Origin: Leucoraja erinacea
Taxonomy: Eukaryota
Assembly: GCF_028641065.1 (NCBI RefSeq)
Contig: NC_073379.1
Location: forward strand, 12,648,001 to 12,712,000
Direction of reading: 5' to 3'
Length of the DNA: 64,000 bases
The translations under genes were made by a program, and so were the position numbers. This document shows positions 23,516 through 38,212 of this stretch, one piece after another; positions within the stretch are counted from its first letter, which is position 1; every line of letters starts with the position of its first letter. The notes beneath the pieces are model-generated. The model was not told the DNA's origin. It saw only the letters and a program-made list of their open reading frames with translations, and did no database searches.

Positions 23516-26000
23516 TATTGTATTGTATTGTATTGTATATCTTTATTGTCATTTCCTGAGTATTCACATACCCAGAGGAAACAAAACAACGTTGCTCAAC
23601 CAGTGTCCATTCAGTGTGCATTGAAAATCAATAGAAATAAAAAATACATGTATCATGAACAAATTTAACACTCTACTAAACATTCAACAGGCGTTCCGAT
23701 CGGCAGCGGCACGACAGTGACTCTGCTGCAGTGTGTCCAGGTCGGGGGGTTTGTGCGCGATATTGGCAGGGGGCAAAGTCCATTTAGCAGTTTTATAGCC
23801 TGTGGGAAGAAGCTGAGGAGCATCCTGCTGGTTTTGCAGCTAATGCTCCTGTACCTCTTCCCAGATGGCAGGATGGAGAAAATGTCATGCGATGGGTGGT
23901 AAGGGTCTTTGATGATGGAGATGGCTCTGTTGATACATCTCTTCCTGTATATGTCCAGCAGGAAAGGGAGTGGAGCACCAATAATCCTGCTGGCGGTCTT
24001 CACAATCCTGTCTAGTTGGTGCCGTTCGTACGCCTTGCAGCTCCCGAACCAGGAAGTGATGCCGTAGGTTAATGTGCTCTTGACAGTCCCCCTATAAAAA
24101 GTCCGTAGGTGTGTAGTGGGGAGACCTGCTTTACGTAGTCTTCGGAGAGGGTGTAGTCGCTGCTGGGCTCTCTTGACCAGTGCTGTTGTGTTGGCCGTGG
24201 ACGTCAGGTCATCAGACAGATGTAGTCCTAGGAACTTCGCGCTGCTGACCCTTTCCACATCAGCTCTGTCGATGTGCAGAGGTGTATGGTGTTGTTTCCC
24301 CGCCCTCCTGAAGTCAACCACCATCTCCTTAGTTTTACCCACGTTAAGAATGAGGTTGTGGGATTTGCACCAACCTGTGAGCAGCTCCACCTCCATCCTG
24401 TACGCCGATTCATCATTGTCACTGATGAGACCCACCACTGTTGTGTCATCAGCGAACTTATTGATGAAGTTGTTGTTGAGTCTAGCAGTACAGTCGTGTG
24501 TCAGCAGACTAAACAGCAGGGGGCTTAGGACACAGCCTTGGGGTGAGCCAGTGCTCACGGCTATGGTTTTTGATGTCCTACTGCCCACCCTGACTGTCTG
24601 CTGCCGTTGCGACAGAAAGTTCAGGACCCAGTTACATGTGCCAGCATCAACCCCCAACAGCTCCAACTTCTCCACCAGCTGCTGCGGAATGATTGTGTTA
24701 AACGCAGAGCTGAAGTCTATGAAGAGGATCCTGGCATAAGTATTTTTCCGATCGAGATGTGACAGTACGAGGTTCAGTGTTGTTGAGACTGCGTCCTCTG
24801 TGGATCGGTTGGCTCTGTAGGCGAACTGCAGTGGGTCTAGGTCGGCAGGTAGACTATTTTTGATGTGCTGCATAACTAGTCGCTCAAAACACTTCATTAC
24901 AATGGGTGTTAGAGCCACTGGTCGAAAGTCATTATGGCAGGCTGGGTTTGGTTTCTTCGGGACAGGGACGATGGTGGCACTCTTAAGACAGTTGGGCACT
25001 ACTGCCTGGCTGAGTGAGATGTTAAAAATGTCTGTGAAGACATCTTTCAGTTGCTCGGCACAGTCTCTTAAAACGCATCCAGGAATGTTGTCCGGCCCTG
25101 CAGCTTTGCGTGGATTGACGTTGGCAAAGGCCTTTTTAACTCCGGCTGCGGACAGCCTGAGCGAGTGGTCACTGGGAGATGGCAGTAGTGCATCTGTCTG
25201 GGTGCTGTTTTTAACCTCAAACCGTGCGTAGAACTCGTTCAGTTCATCTGGTAGGGTGGGGTCGTTTTGGCATATCCGCAGGGGGGGGGCTTGTAGTCAG
25301 TGATGGTATGAAATCCCTGCCACAAGCGACGTGTGTCTTTGTCATTTGCGAAGTGGCTATTAAGTTTTTGTCCATACAGCCTCTTCGCTTCCCTGATCCC
25401 CCGGGATAGGTTACCCCTTGCCAGTTTGTATGCTGCGTTGTCCCCAGATTTGAATGCCGCATTCCGGATTCTCAGTAGGGAACACACTTCCCCAGTTAGC
25501 CAAGGTTTCTGATTGGCACGCCTCCTGATGGTTTTTACCACCGTTACATCCTCAATACATTTATTGATGTATGCGATGACGGATTCTGTATATTCTTGGA
25601 GGTTGATGCCACTGTCATCTGTTGCTGCCTCTCTGAAAATGGCCCACTGTGTGGTTTCAAAACAGTCTTGTAGTGCTGTGGTAGCTCCCTGTGGCCATGT
25701 TCTGACTTCTTTGACCGTTGGCCTGTCCTGTTTCACCCTGGGTCTGTATGCAGGTGTGAGCATAACCACTAGGGGGTCAGAGTTGCCGATATGGGGGAGG
25801 GGGGCTGCTTTATATGCATCTTTAATGTTGGTGTGCACCAGATCTAGTTTGTTCTTCCCCCTGGTTGCAATGTTCACATGCTGGTAGAATTTTGGCAGAA
25901 CAGATGTAAGACTTGCCTGGTTGAAATCCCCAGCTGCTATGAAGAAAGCATCTGGATGTTCCCTCTGCTGCTCACTGGTGTTGTTGTAGAGCACTGTCAC
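23516..26000 (-). mobile_element. Rex1/Babar-type LINE, 5'-truncated, young
   Basis: ORF 23665-24999 ([35 protein letters not shown]); EN C-terminus in ORF 25239-26030 (AGDFN...LDL...SD); one frameshift near the G-run at ~25281-25289; (aatac)n tail at 23516-23540. Confidence 0.92.
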
Positions 26001-26891
26001 TGCCACAAAAGGTAGACTTTGTCCGTACATTAGAAAGTTATTAGATTGATTTAAATAGATCTATACTTATCACAACAATAAAGTCATCAATGTTTGTTCT
26101 TCGTTTTCGTTTAGTTCATGTAAGGCAGGAGTCTCCAAAATATGGCCCGCGGGNNNNNNNNNNNNNNNNNNNNNNNNNNNNNNNNNNNNNNNNNNNNNNN
26201 NNNNNNNNNNNNNNNNNNNNNNNNNNNNNNNNNNNNNNNNNNNNNNNNNNNNNNNNNNNNNNNNNNNNNNNNNNNNNNNNNNNNNNNNNNNNNNNNNNNN
26301 NNNNNNNNNNNNNNNNNNGATGGATATGTGTGTGTGGATGTGTATATGTATGTGTGGATGAGTGGGTGGACTGTTGCATTGTCATTCACCAGCATGCCAT
26401 TATCATACGTAATTCACTCATTGTTTAAATAATTTAACCAACTAAACAGTGAAACGATCGACACGAAAATAAAACGTTATATAATCATTTATTTCCCCAA
26501 TTTATTTGTTTACATTACATCTGATCTTCATCTGAATATTCTTCATCAGATTCCAAGTCTTTTGATAAGTTTTGCTAAGTCCATTGATAAGTTAGATCAA
26601 GTTCAAGTGGAGGGTCAGGCAGAGGCTACAAAAAAACATCTCATGGTCATTAAGTCTGCATGGACTTCAAATCAGAAAATTTCAACCTCTTCTTAATGTT
26701 AATGAGAATAACACTGTTACTACCATAGATAAATTAGATCAAGTTCACGTTCACATACACCAATTAATTTCTACATAAACATCAGCCATTTCTCACTCCA
26801 ATGGCAGCCTATAAAGTGCAATGAATATTCATCCGTTTTTCTCCCGTGGTCGGAGCCTGGAAACTGCCATAGCGGACGGCACTGTGTAAAG

Positions 26892-26925
<34 letters not shown>

Positions 26926-29900
26926 CCGCCGCGCGGAGATGATACAAACACACTCCGCGGCTCCGCGTTCGCGAATCGTCCGCTTCTTAATTGAGACCGC
27001 GGCTTCTCTATGTTAAGTACATAGGCCCCGCCATCGGAACACTTGTACTCGGTAAGTGATCGCAGGCAGCTCCGAGATTAGATGTTAAAGACTATATATC
27101 ATTTTCTCTTTTCAAACTTAGGAAACCTGAACGGAAACCTCTGGAGACTTTGCGCCCCACCCAAGGTTTCCGTGCGGTTCCCGGAGGTTCCCGGAGGTTT
27201 TTGTCAGTCTCCCTACCTGCTTCCACTACCTTCAACCTCCGGCAACCACCTGCAACCTCCGATCGGGGGATAGCAGTGACTAGTGGACAGTATGGTGGTA
27301 GAGTATAATGGCGGGCAGTATGGAAGGGGCTTTGATTGAGCTGAAACGTGGTGGCGGTTGGCAGGAGAACTGGGGTCGAGAAACAATGGCCATTGAGATG
27401 TTGATATGGTTTTTTATTGTAATGTCTACCGAGACACCGTGAATAGTTTTTTGTTTGTGTGCTATCCAGTCAAACGAAATCATACTCCACACGAGTAAAA
27501 CCAAGCCATATATAAATGCAATGGGTCGTTCGGAGAGAAATATACCAGAGCGCAGAATATAGTTTTAGAGCATTGTAGGATTACAATTCGAGATAATATG
27601 CCCACATAAAGCTAGGTTGTAAGATCGGGACTAACCCTTAGTCGCGGGACTAAACCTTAGTATGTGGGACAATCGTTCAATAATCTGAAAACAGCGGGTA
27701 AATAGGAAACGGGAAGTCTAGAAGGATGAGGGGGTACTTCATTGAGACTGACCGAATAGCGAAATACTTGAATAGAGTGGATGTGGAGAGGATGTTTCCG
27801 CTAGTGGGAGAGACTAGAACCAGATGCCTTCGCATCAGAATAAACGCAAGTACCTCTAGAAAGCCTCTAGATGAATTTCAATTGATATATTTAAGGCGGA
27901 GATTGATAGATTCTAATTAGTACGAGTGTCATGGGTTATGGGGAGAAGGCGGGAGAATGGGATTTAGATGTTTGTGCTGCACACGATGCCAAGACCTACT
28001 CTAACCAGCCAGCTCTTAATTCATATCCCTCCATTGCCTGCATACCCACCTGCCTATCCACAAGCCTCCTGAATACCACTATGGCATTAGCCTCCAGCAT
28101 TATGCCAAGCAGAACCATCCAGGCTCATACCACCCTGTGGGTTGTTATTGCGGACATTGTGTACTTGTTTCAGCCTCCGAGGAAGTAAAATATCAGCTTT
28201 TTGGCTGTAGCTTCAGTGTGGTTGGTCCAGGCCACATTATTGGCGATGCGCCCTAAGGAACCGGAAGCCCTCAACTACTTCCAGCGGCTCACGCAGCATC
28301 TGTGGACGACGTGGATAGCTGACATGTCGAGTCAGAAACCTTCCGCTCATTTGTGTTGTTCATATTGCGGTGGGGGGGGGGGGGGGGGGGGGTTGTTTTA
28401 CTACGCTCTCTATCTCCATCCTGTACACCATCTCATCATTGTTTGACATCGTCCCACTACAACGGTTTATCGTCCCCCTACAACGGTTTACAACGGTAGA
28501 TGATCCAGAGCAGAGTTTGTCCGCACAACCGCGACTATGGGGAGAATAGTAGGGGAATACCAATACATCCTTGTGGGACGCCTGTGTTGAGAATTATTGT
28601 GGTGGATGTTTTGTCGCCTATGTTCGCTGCTTGTGGTCCATGGGTCAGAAAGTGAACGATCCAGTGACAGAGGGGGAAATGTCACTGGACCCCATCTTCA
28701 GAAGTTTGAAGAAGAGTGTGTGGCGGCACAGTGGAGCAACAGTGGAGTTGCTGCCTTACAGCGACACGTTCCATCCTGACTATGCGTGCTGTCAGTACGG
28801 AGTTTGTATGTTCTCCCTGTGACCGAGTTGGTTTCCTCCGATGTGCAGGATAGTGCTAATACCGGGTTCACTGGTCGGCGGGGACGCGATGGGCCGCAGG
28901 GCCTGTATCCACGCTATATCTCTAAAGCATAAGGTCTGGTTGGGACAGGCACATGTGTGACTGGATTTACACGGGATTAGTGATTTGAGTTTGATTGGAA
29001 TTTGCTTTGTTAGTTTTTGGGTCAAAGTTTGTTAACACACCAAGACGCGCATGTTTGTAATACCTCTGACAAACAGGCCCCGGGTTTGTGTGATCCTTTA
29101 TTTTAACCCGGGTACGGGTCCCACGCTCCCTTTAAACACTGGGGTTCCGTATTCCCATAGTACCTGCTCAGCCTGGGAAACACAAACGACTAATATATGA
29201 AAGGGTGAGTGATTGATGGGTCAATGGGTAGAAAATATTTAGAAGGATAATGGGTCAAACGCAGGCAAATGGGTCCAAATTAGGTGGGGCATCTTGGGCA
29301 ACATCAACGAGTGGGGCCGAAAGGCCTGTTTGCATGTTCCATGATTGTAAAAGCAGGCACCAACTTGTCAACCTGAGCTCCTGTCTGTGCTGTTCTGCCT
29401 GTGACCGGGAGGATTTTCTCCGGGAGACCCGGCTTCTACCCACATCGCAAGACCGTGCGGGCCTGTAGATCAATTGGCCTTTGTCTATTTCACCTAGTGT
29501 ATAGCGACTGGATGAGTACATGGGATAACATGGGACTCGTGTGAACGGGGAGATCGATGGTGGACGTGGATTCTGTGAACCGAAGGAGTTTCCATGCTGT
29601 ATCTCTAAACCAAGATCAAGCGCTACGGTGATTGGCTGGAGAATGGCGGGATATGGACTGAGATTTGTGCAAGATAACAGGTAACAGAGAAACATAAGTG
29701 GAGATGAGTCAAATGCTCGATGTGGCCATGGATCCAATGGGCCGAATGGTCCTTTGGAAATGTTACAAGCAATTCAGAACGTCATTGTATTAAAATAAAA
29801 CATCAAATTAAAGCAAACCAAATAATTATTGTATAGCTGAATTTAATGACCACTTTACACGTTGTTCCATGTTGCTCTCCCATTCAAATATATTGAGAGT

Positions 29901-31185
29901 TTTATACATATACACAGCATATTGAATTCAAGATTAAAGTTATGTATTGTATAAGTGAATTTAATTAGCATTTTCGATTTATCGCACTTCCATTAAAATT
30001 TACTTCGAAGGTTGTTAATATTTTAATTTAAGCAAACTGCATTAATAATAAGATTGTCTTCACTACGTGTTAAATGCATTATTTGAGATTTATAAGCAGA
30101 GCACTACGAAGAAAGGGACTAGAAATAGATTAGTCAGGATCCAGGGGTTGCCGCAGCAGGGAGGTTTGGACATGCTTATGGAGTCAATGGGTCAGAGAAT
30201 TGTACAGTGAAGAAATTGGGCCTTCGGACACACATGTCGATATGAACATCTTTATCTATGTACATGCATCCCGTTGATCCCAATTAGATCCATATCCTTC
30301 CGACTTGTAATAAGAGGGAACTGCTGATGCCGGTGTTTACCAAAGATAGACACGATGTGCTTGCGTAAGTCAGTGGATCAGGCAGCAACTCTGTAGGACG
30401 TGGATAGGTGACGCTTCGTGCCCGGTCCCCTTCTAACCAACTGGGAATTTGCAGCACTTTGTCTATCCTTCCAACTATTTCCGAATTAAGAGCCTGTTCA
30501 TGCGTCTAAACGTCTATTGTACATGTTGTTGTATCTCATTTCCACCACTTTGTTTACTAGCATAATCCCGATATCAAACCCTCTCGGTGTACAGAACCTT
30601 TCCTTTGAACTAGAAGTACTGCATTTTATTATATTACACAAATATTAAAGCGAGTCGGATAATTAGTATGATTGACAACCAAAGGTCGACAAAATCAGCC
30701 AGACCGCAAAAGCAGGTGGGATCGGCGGACTTCATTGCGAGGCAGGTTATATTGCAGTCGGAACACTGGTCTGCTCAGCTTCCTCGGATGGATCAGTCTT
30801 CACGCTTGCTGCGGACACAACAAGACCAATTAAAACAAGCCTCAGTAATTGTACCACAAGACCATTCCTGGCATCTCCATTCACAGCCGTCATTTAAATA
30901 TGTGAAGTGATTCGGACGGATATTTGAACGGAATTCTCCAGAGNNNNNNNNNNNNNNNNNNNNNNNNNNNNNNNNNNNNNNNNNNNNNNNNNNNNNNNNN
31001 NNNNNNNNNNNNNNNNNNNNNNNNNNNNNNNNNNNNNNNNNNNNNNNNNNNNNNNNNNNNNNNNNNNNNNNNNNNNNNNNNNNNNNNNNNNNNNNNNNNN
31101 NNNNNNNNNNNNNNNNNNNNNNNNNNNNNNNNNNNNNNNNNNNNNNNNNNNNNNNNNNNNNNNNNNNNNNNNNNNNNNNNNNNNN

Positions 31186-31990
31186 GGGAAATTCAGATGT
31201 CCAGAAGCCCCCAACCAACAAACTCACAGATTCAAAACGAACGCAGACAGAAAATACATAGAATACACTGTGGACACTACCTGAGAGCAATAAATACTTA
31301 AAAAGACCAATAATTAACAATTTAAAATTAAAAATTGCAAAAATGCATCCCCCTACAGCCTAGCGGTCCGAATTATAAAATCTAATGGCTGCAGGGGTGA
31401 AGGATCTCCTGAACTGCTCCGTTCTGCAGGGCAGGGAGGGGAGCCGGTTGTTGTTCCGAGTGCTCTTTTGACTCTCCAGAATTACATGGAGGGGATGCCC
31501 GGGGTTTTTCAGGATGACCTGCACCTTGTGCCTCATACGCCTCTCAAGCACATCCATCCCAGAGTCTACTCTCCCCTCCAGCACTGAGCTAGCTCGTTTA
31601 ACCAGTTTGTCCAGCTTCTTGTTGTTTTTTTCACTAATGTTGTTGCCCCAGCAGACAACAGCGTAGAAAATGACACTTGCAACCACAGTGTTGTAAAACA
31701 CGTGCAGCATATCACTACACACATTGAAGGATTTGAGCCTTCTGAGGAAAGAGAGTCTGCTCTGGCCTTTTTTGTAGAGGGAGTCAGAGTTGACAGACCA
31801 GTCCAGTTTGTTATCAAGGTGCACTCCAAAGTATTTATATGTCTGCACCACCTCAATGTCAGCCCCAGCAGCGTTGACCGGCTGAAGGGGGAGCTTGGAC
31901 CTTCCAAAGTTTACCACTCTTTAGTCTTAGTTGTGTTGTGTTCAGGAGGCACAAAAGGAACAGTTCTATTCACTCCAGGCACAAAAGGAC
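31186..31990 (-). mobile_element. Rex/Babar-type LINE 3' fragment, present only in copy A
   Basis: ORF 31360-31917 YKYFGVHLDNKLDWS...KKGQSRLSFLRRLKSF; absent at the paralogous site ~51500-51560. Confidence 0.85.
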
Positions 31991-32653
31991 ACAATATGCG
32001 AAACAAGGTGTTCCGTATATTGGTCGATGTGTTCACAGTGAGGAGGATTGTCTGACCTGCAGCAAGGTATTGGTTTATTATCGTCACCTTGACACAGATA
32101 GGAGGAAAAAAACTTTGTTTCGCGTGTCATCCAGATAAATTATTCCATAGACCCAAACCGTGCAGAATATAGTCTTACAGAGAAAGGGCAGATGGCAAGG
32201 GCCCCATCAAGGTAGACTGGAGGATCGGGAATACATTCTTGTCTTTTGAGGGATTTCTCAAAGCGTCTGAGCGCGTAAGAAACTGTTCTTCCATCTGTAG
32301 GTACATGATGCACCTGAGCCATGTATTGACAACGTGACAGGGGTACCACGGTGGCGCAGTTGTAGAGATGCTGCCTTGCAGCGGAGAGTCCCGGGTTCGA
32401 TCCTGATTACGGGTGCTGTCTGTGCGGAGTTTCCACGTGCTCCCCGTGACCGCATAGTTTTTGTCCCTCCCATATCCCAAAGACTTGCGGGTTTGTAGGA
32501 TAATTGTCCTCTGCAAACGCCCCCTATAGTGCAGGATAGAACTAATGCATGGATGATGATGGTTGGCGCGGCCTAGGAAGCCTCACAGTTTTCAATCACA
32601 CCCCAAAGGTCATTGAGTTTATATTCCAGGCATAGAAACGCAACATTACGTAC

Positions 32654-32753
32654 CTGAGTTTGTCACGGTAGAAGATAACACACATCACTAAAAGGACAAT
32701 GGTTTTTAATCCGAGAGGGATCCACAGGATCAGAACCTTGTAACTCTGTGTGA
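32654..32753 (-). CDS. transmembrane exon, copy A
   Basis: ctcctcag|TC ACA CAG...VTQSYKVLILWIPLGLKTIVLLVMCVIFYRDKL AG|gtacgt. Confidence 0.8.
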
Positions 32754-34069
32754 CTGAGGAGAGAGTGAGAGAGGTCAGAGTGGTCACTTGGAAAGTGGAG
32801 CGATCGACAATGTACAAATGGTGTATGCTTCACTAAGATCACCTCCCATTCTCTACACTCTAGAGAATACAGGTCTAATCTGCTGGAGGAAATAACAGAC
32901 TGCTGACAGCGCTCAGGAAGTCAGGCAACTGTCGAAGGAAACCCAAAGACGTCGTTTTGTCCGGGAATCCTTCCAGTTTTGAGGCAAATCTCGAATTGAA
33001 TTGTCATTCGGCAATTTCCTTCCAGACATGCTACCTGGCCGATCGAGTTCCTCCAGTAACTTTTTTTTCTGCTCAAGGTTCCTGTGCCTGCATTCTCCAG
33101 GGTCTCCGGTCTAATCAATCTTCCCTGATCTTCAATCAACCTGCCCTTCTGGGAAACAGTGACGGATATTTCACTGCACTAATCGTGGCTTTATTGTAGT
33201 TAAGAAGAACAAAATCCGACACAGTACTGCAGGGGTCGTCTCACTAGAACCTTATATAACTGCGGTAAAATATCTCATCCCTTGAATATAACTCCTCTCT
33301 TGATAAAACCTGAACAACTATGGCCTTTCTCCACTCTTCCACATCAGTACATCACCCTTCATTGACACGAGAACAAGCACAATATGGTCCTTTTGAACAT
33401 CCACACCACCCGATCTCTGACCATTTAATAAACACTCTTGTTTTATGTTTAGTTCACCCGTGCGGATAATTTGACAATTTGCCACATTTTATTCCACATT
33501 ATGCTCCCACCCACTCATTCAGCTTGTCCACCTTCCCCGAATCTCCGCGTCCTCCTGCCCTCTCACAGTCCCACGGCACTACCACCATCATCAGACCTGA
33601 CAATTGCCCCCCTCAATCAACTCCCTGATGCAGACTGTGAATAGCTGAGACCAAGAACCAAACTGTGAAGTACCTCGCCAGCCGCAGACTCTCAACATGA
33701 CAGAGATCCAGATATTTCATTCTACATTCTGCTCGATAACAGCTTCTCAATCCCTGACAGTGCGTTGCCTTAATGCCGCCTTCTCGCACCTGGTTCCCCA
33801 AACTCCTGGCTGGGACCCAACCTAGATCCTTCTGAGAATCCAAACCTACCACAGCACCTTGTTCCCTCTCGGGCATTCAACTCCTCACCTCGCCAATAGA
33901 CTCCAATACATTGATCAACTATGGTTGACTTTTCTCTGGAGTTGTATCTGACCCTCTAGATGCGAGGCTGCGCCCACTGAGTCCTGAGAGACAGGGTTTC
34001 CTGTTCCTGCTCTCCTCCCTCCCTCTGCACCCTCGCTCTACACGGCGGAATGTGGCGATGGTTTCTTAC

Positions 34070-34495
34070 CGGGTGTGATCCGCACCCGGAGCTGGACCTG
34101 CAGCTGGACCTCACGCTGGTACTGATGGGTGAACGGGGGGTGTACGCTGCTCTTGAACTTTTCGTCGACGTTGTTTATCGCAGCGTTGTTTTCAGTTTTG
34201 TTGAACTCCACCAGACACAGGTAGCCGTCACTGTCCTCCACACTCAGCTGCTTTATCCTGGTTGAGGCGTTTCCCAGCTCTGGGTCCCCGACCAGCTCGA
34301 ACCGAGTTGCTCCGTTCTCCGCCGCCCAGGATCCATCAGCTTGTGGTCTGAACGTGACGATGTGTCGGTAGGGATCCTTCCTCATCCATGTGACCGTGAG
34401 GGCCCTGGGGTAATGCGGGGATTGCCGATACACACATGGTAACGTGGCCGAACCCCCCTCAGTCCCATTCACCACTGAGACATCCCCGCCGGGAC
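34070..34495 (-). CDS. Ig V-set exon 2 (V2), copy A
   Basis: ccctcag|...EGGSATLPC...VTW...RFELVGD...DSDGYLC...G|gtaag; 426 nt, phase 1-1. Confidence 0.88.
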
Positions 34496-34659
34496 CTGAG
34501 GGAAGGATAGACACCGGAATGTATCAGCGTTCTGTGGGTGAATCGTCTTGTACCGACCTCTCCCTGTGGGAGTGGGTGGAGCCGGTGCCCAGTGTGGAGC
34601 TGACAGTGACGGTCCCAGGGAAGGTGGGCCAGGGGGCGCAGGGGACAGGACACATTCAA

Positions 34660-37490
34660 GGGTGGTGAGGGAGCGGCTTTGTGAGTAAAGTGTGAGTCTT
34701 TGGCTTGAGATTCTTCGGTGAGGAGGCTGAGGAGAGGAGACTACGCAAAAAGCTGGAGATGACGGGACGCGGTGAACACACGAAGGGGAAGATGAGACAG
34801 TGTGATGCAGAATGTGGGAGCCCAGCGACATGGATGGAGCCTCTGGCTGCTACAATGTGGCATGTGTGTCCGGGTTCAGCTCCTGAAGGACCGTTTTGCG
34901 GCACAGGAGAAGCGGGTGGATGACCTCAGGGCCATCTGGGAAAACGAGAGTTTCCTGGTCAGGACCTATAAAGGTTACGGGAAGAACCAAGACTGTGAGA
35001 CAGGGACGTAACCATGGAGTGCAGGAGACCAAGGTGGCTGTGCCTAATGAAAATATATACACATTATTGGGGGAGACGACGCTTCCAGTCCGAGCAGTGG
35101 CTCCAATCCTAGAGATGGGACTCGACTTGCGAGACCGACGTCGGGCAGATCCATAGTGGTGGGTGACTCCATTATCCCAGTTGTGGACAGGAGATTCCGT
35201 GGAGGCAGGCGAGACGCGAGGATGGGCTGTTGCCTCCCTGGTGCCAGGGTTCAAGATGTCACGAACCGAATTCAGAACATCCTCGAGAGAGAAGGTGAAC
35301 AACCCGCAGTAGTTGTGCACGTCGGCACAAACGACATAGGGAAGAAGAGGAAGGAGGTTCTACAACTCGTGTTAAGAGAGTTAGGAAGCAGACTGAAAAG
35401 CAGGACTTCTAGGCTGGTTATCTCTGGATTTTGTCCAGTACCTTGTGCTAGTGAGGACAGGAGCAGGGAGATAGGGGATCTGAATGTGTGGCTGAGGGGC
35501 TGGTGCGGGGAGCAAAGATTTAGATTTATAGACCACTAGGATCTCTTCTGGGGTAGGGGTGACCTGTACAAATGGGACGGGTTACACCTTAACTGGAGGG
35601 GGGCCGACATTGTGGCAGGAAGATTTGCTAGGGTCACACGTGTGGGTTTAAACTAAATAGTGGGTGGGAGGGATCGACAAATGGGAGTATAAAGATGCGG
35701 TTGACGGGGAAGTGGCTACAGGAAAAATTACAAAAGACTCTCGGGAAGGAAAGTTCGAAAAGGGATAAGAGAATGTCTGGGTCAATTGCGAGCGGTGCGA
35801 GGGGGGAGGTGAATACGGAGGTCAACGTGTTGTATAGGAATGCACGAAGTATAAGAAATAAAGTGGACGAGCTTGAGGCTCAGTTAGAAATTGGCAAGTA
35901 TGATTTTGTAGGAATTACAAAGACATGGCTGCAAGAGGGCCAGGGCTGGTAACTGAATATTCAAGGGTATACCTCCTATCGAAAGGACAGACAGCTGGGC
36001 TCTGTTGGACGTGGGGTAGCTCTGTTGGTGTGGAATGAAATTCAGTCCCTTGCAAGGGGTGACATTAAAATAGGAGACGTGGAGTCAGTATGGATAGAAC
36101 TAAGGAATTGTAAGGGTGAAAATACCATAATGGGCTTGTCAACAGCCCCCCCCCCCCCCAAACAGTAGCCTGAACATAGGGTGCAAGTTGAACCAGGAGT
36201 TAAAATTGGCATGTAGCAAAGGTAATGCTAAGATTGTTATGGGAGATTTCAACAGCAGGTAGACTGGGAAAATCATGTTGGCACTGGACCCCAAGAAAGA
36301 GAGTTTGTGGAGTGCCTCCGTGATGAATTCCTAGAGCAGCTTGTACTGGAGCCTACCAGGGAGAAGGCCATTCTGGATTTAGTGTTTTGTAATGAACCGG
36401 ATTTGAGAAAGGAGTTTGAGGTTAAGGAGCCGTTAGGAGGAAGTGACTAATATGGTCGTTCAATCTACTATTGGAGAGGGAGAAGAGCAGATCGGAGGTG
36501 GCCGTGTTACGGTTGCATAAAGGGGACAATGGAGCCATGAGGGAGAAGCTGGCCAAAGTTCACTGGAAAGACACCCTAGCAGGGATGACAGTGGAACGAC
36601 AATGATAGGTATTTCTGGGAATAATACAGAAGGTGCGGGATTATTTCATTCCAAAAAGGCAGAAAGATTCCAAGGGGAATAAGGGGCGACCGTGGCTGAC
36701 CGTGGCTGACCGTGGCAGATGCAGTTTAATTTGGATACATGTGAGGTTAACCACTTTGGTAGCAAAAACAGGAAGGCAGATTACTATCCAAACGGTGTCA
36801 AGTTGGGAAAAGGGAAAGTACAACGGGATCTGGGGGTCCTTGTTCATCAGTCTATGTAAGTAAGCATGCAGGTACAGCAGGCAGTGAAGAAAGCGAATGG
36901 CAAGGTGGTCTTTATAACAAGAGTGTAGGAGCAAATAGGACCTTCTGCAGTTGTACGGGGCCCTAGTGAGACCACACCTGGAGTATTGTGTGCAGTTTTG
37001 GTCCCCTAATTTGAGGAAGGACATTCTTGCTATTGAGGGAGTGCAGCGTAAATTTACAGGGATAATTCCCGGGATTGCGGGACTGTCATATGCTGAGAGA
37101 ATGGAGCGACTGGGCTTGTACACTCTGGAGTTTAGATGGATTAGAGGGGATCATATTGTAACATATAAGATTATTAAGGGTTTGGACACGCTAGAGGCAG
37201 GAAACATGTTCCCGGTGTTGGAACCAGGGGCCACAGTTTAAGAATAAGGAGTAAGCCATTTAGAACGGAGTCGGGGAAACACGTTTTCTCACAGAGAGTT
37301 GTGAGTGTGTGGAATTCTCTGCCGTTTCTCTGGATACTTTCAAGAGAGAGCTAGATAGGATTCTTAAAGATAACGGAGTCAGGGGATATGGGGAGAAGGC
37401 ACGAAGGGCGTACAGATTGGGGATGATCAGCCATGATCCCATCGAATGGCGCTGCTGGCTCGATGGGCCGAATGGCCTATTCATGCACAT
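34660..37490 (+). mobile_element. CR1 LINE with ORF1 (Cys knuckle + SGNH esterase), endonuclease and internally deleted RT, in intron 2 of copy A
   Basis: VGDSII...CLPGARVQDV...VHVGTNDIG; LYRNARSIRNKVDELE; VRPHLEYCVQFWSP; many stops. Confidence 0.88.
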
Positions 37491-38212
37491 ATTGTCTATT
37501 GTCTATAACGTCATCTTCCTATTTCGCGGATTACACAGCCCACCTGTATTTGACTGCCGACCAGGGCCGGCGTCTCGTCTACTCCAGGAGCGCACGGTCC
37601 AGACGGATTAACTGGAGAGGAATCAGGAGTAGGAACTCTGGCACTTCAGCCCCTGCGAGTGTTCTCCGGCTTGGCCCTGCTGTAGGACCGGCTCGCCGAC
37701 CGCGGATCTCTCGCCCAGCAGCGCGGCTGTGAGTGTTCTCCGGCATGGCCCAACTTTAGGACCGGCTCGCCGACCGCGGACTTAACGACTGGACCCGCGC
37801 CGTAATAATGAAGAGGGACCCGGGAGCAACCTCCGTCGGGGAGTGTGGAGGGTCGTCTGAAAGTGAGCAGGGCTGTCGGGGGGCGAGGAGGGCAGCCGAG
37901 AATGACAGTGAGGGGAGAGGTGGGGCCGATGCCACCAGCGGCAGCAGGCAGTAGAGAGAACTGCCGTGAATCTTTGCAGCTGTCGGCGCCAAAACGTGGC
38001 GACACTTGTGTACTGTCAAGGTGACGTCCGCTACATGATTGTTCTGGGTTGTCTGCAAAACAACGTATTTCACTGTACCTGGGCACGTGTGAGAATACAG
38101 TATCATTGAATCATTGAATTGAACCATCAACATGTATTGATCAGCATTGTACTGGGGGAACCCGCGGTCCGTGAGCTCTGGGGCAGCGACAGTCTCTGAA
38201 CATTGTTCTCAC

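Noticed and set aside
24116-24739. 207-aa plus-strand ORF
   Set aside because: Antisense shadow of the Rex/Babar RT
26090-26432. ORFs spanning N-runs (also ~30.8-31.3 kb and ~61.2-61.9 kb)
   Set aside because: Artefacts of assembly gaps
22912-27270. Possible hAT/MITE-type DNA transposon ends (cagggacgtg at 22912, caggagtctcc at ~26126, palindromic block ~27120-27260)
   Set aside because: Could not pair terminal inverted repeats or find TSDs; an N-gap intervenes
32034-32040. cacagtg heptamers near the Siglec-like genes (also ~39354, 51614, 61910)
   Set aside because: No nonamer at 12/23 spacing and no adjacent V/D/J segment; some lie inside repeats
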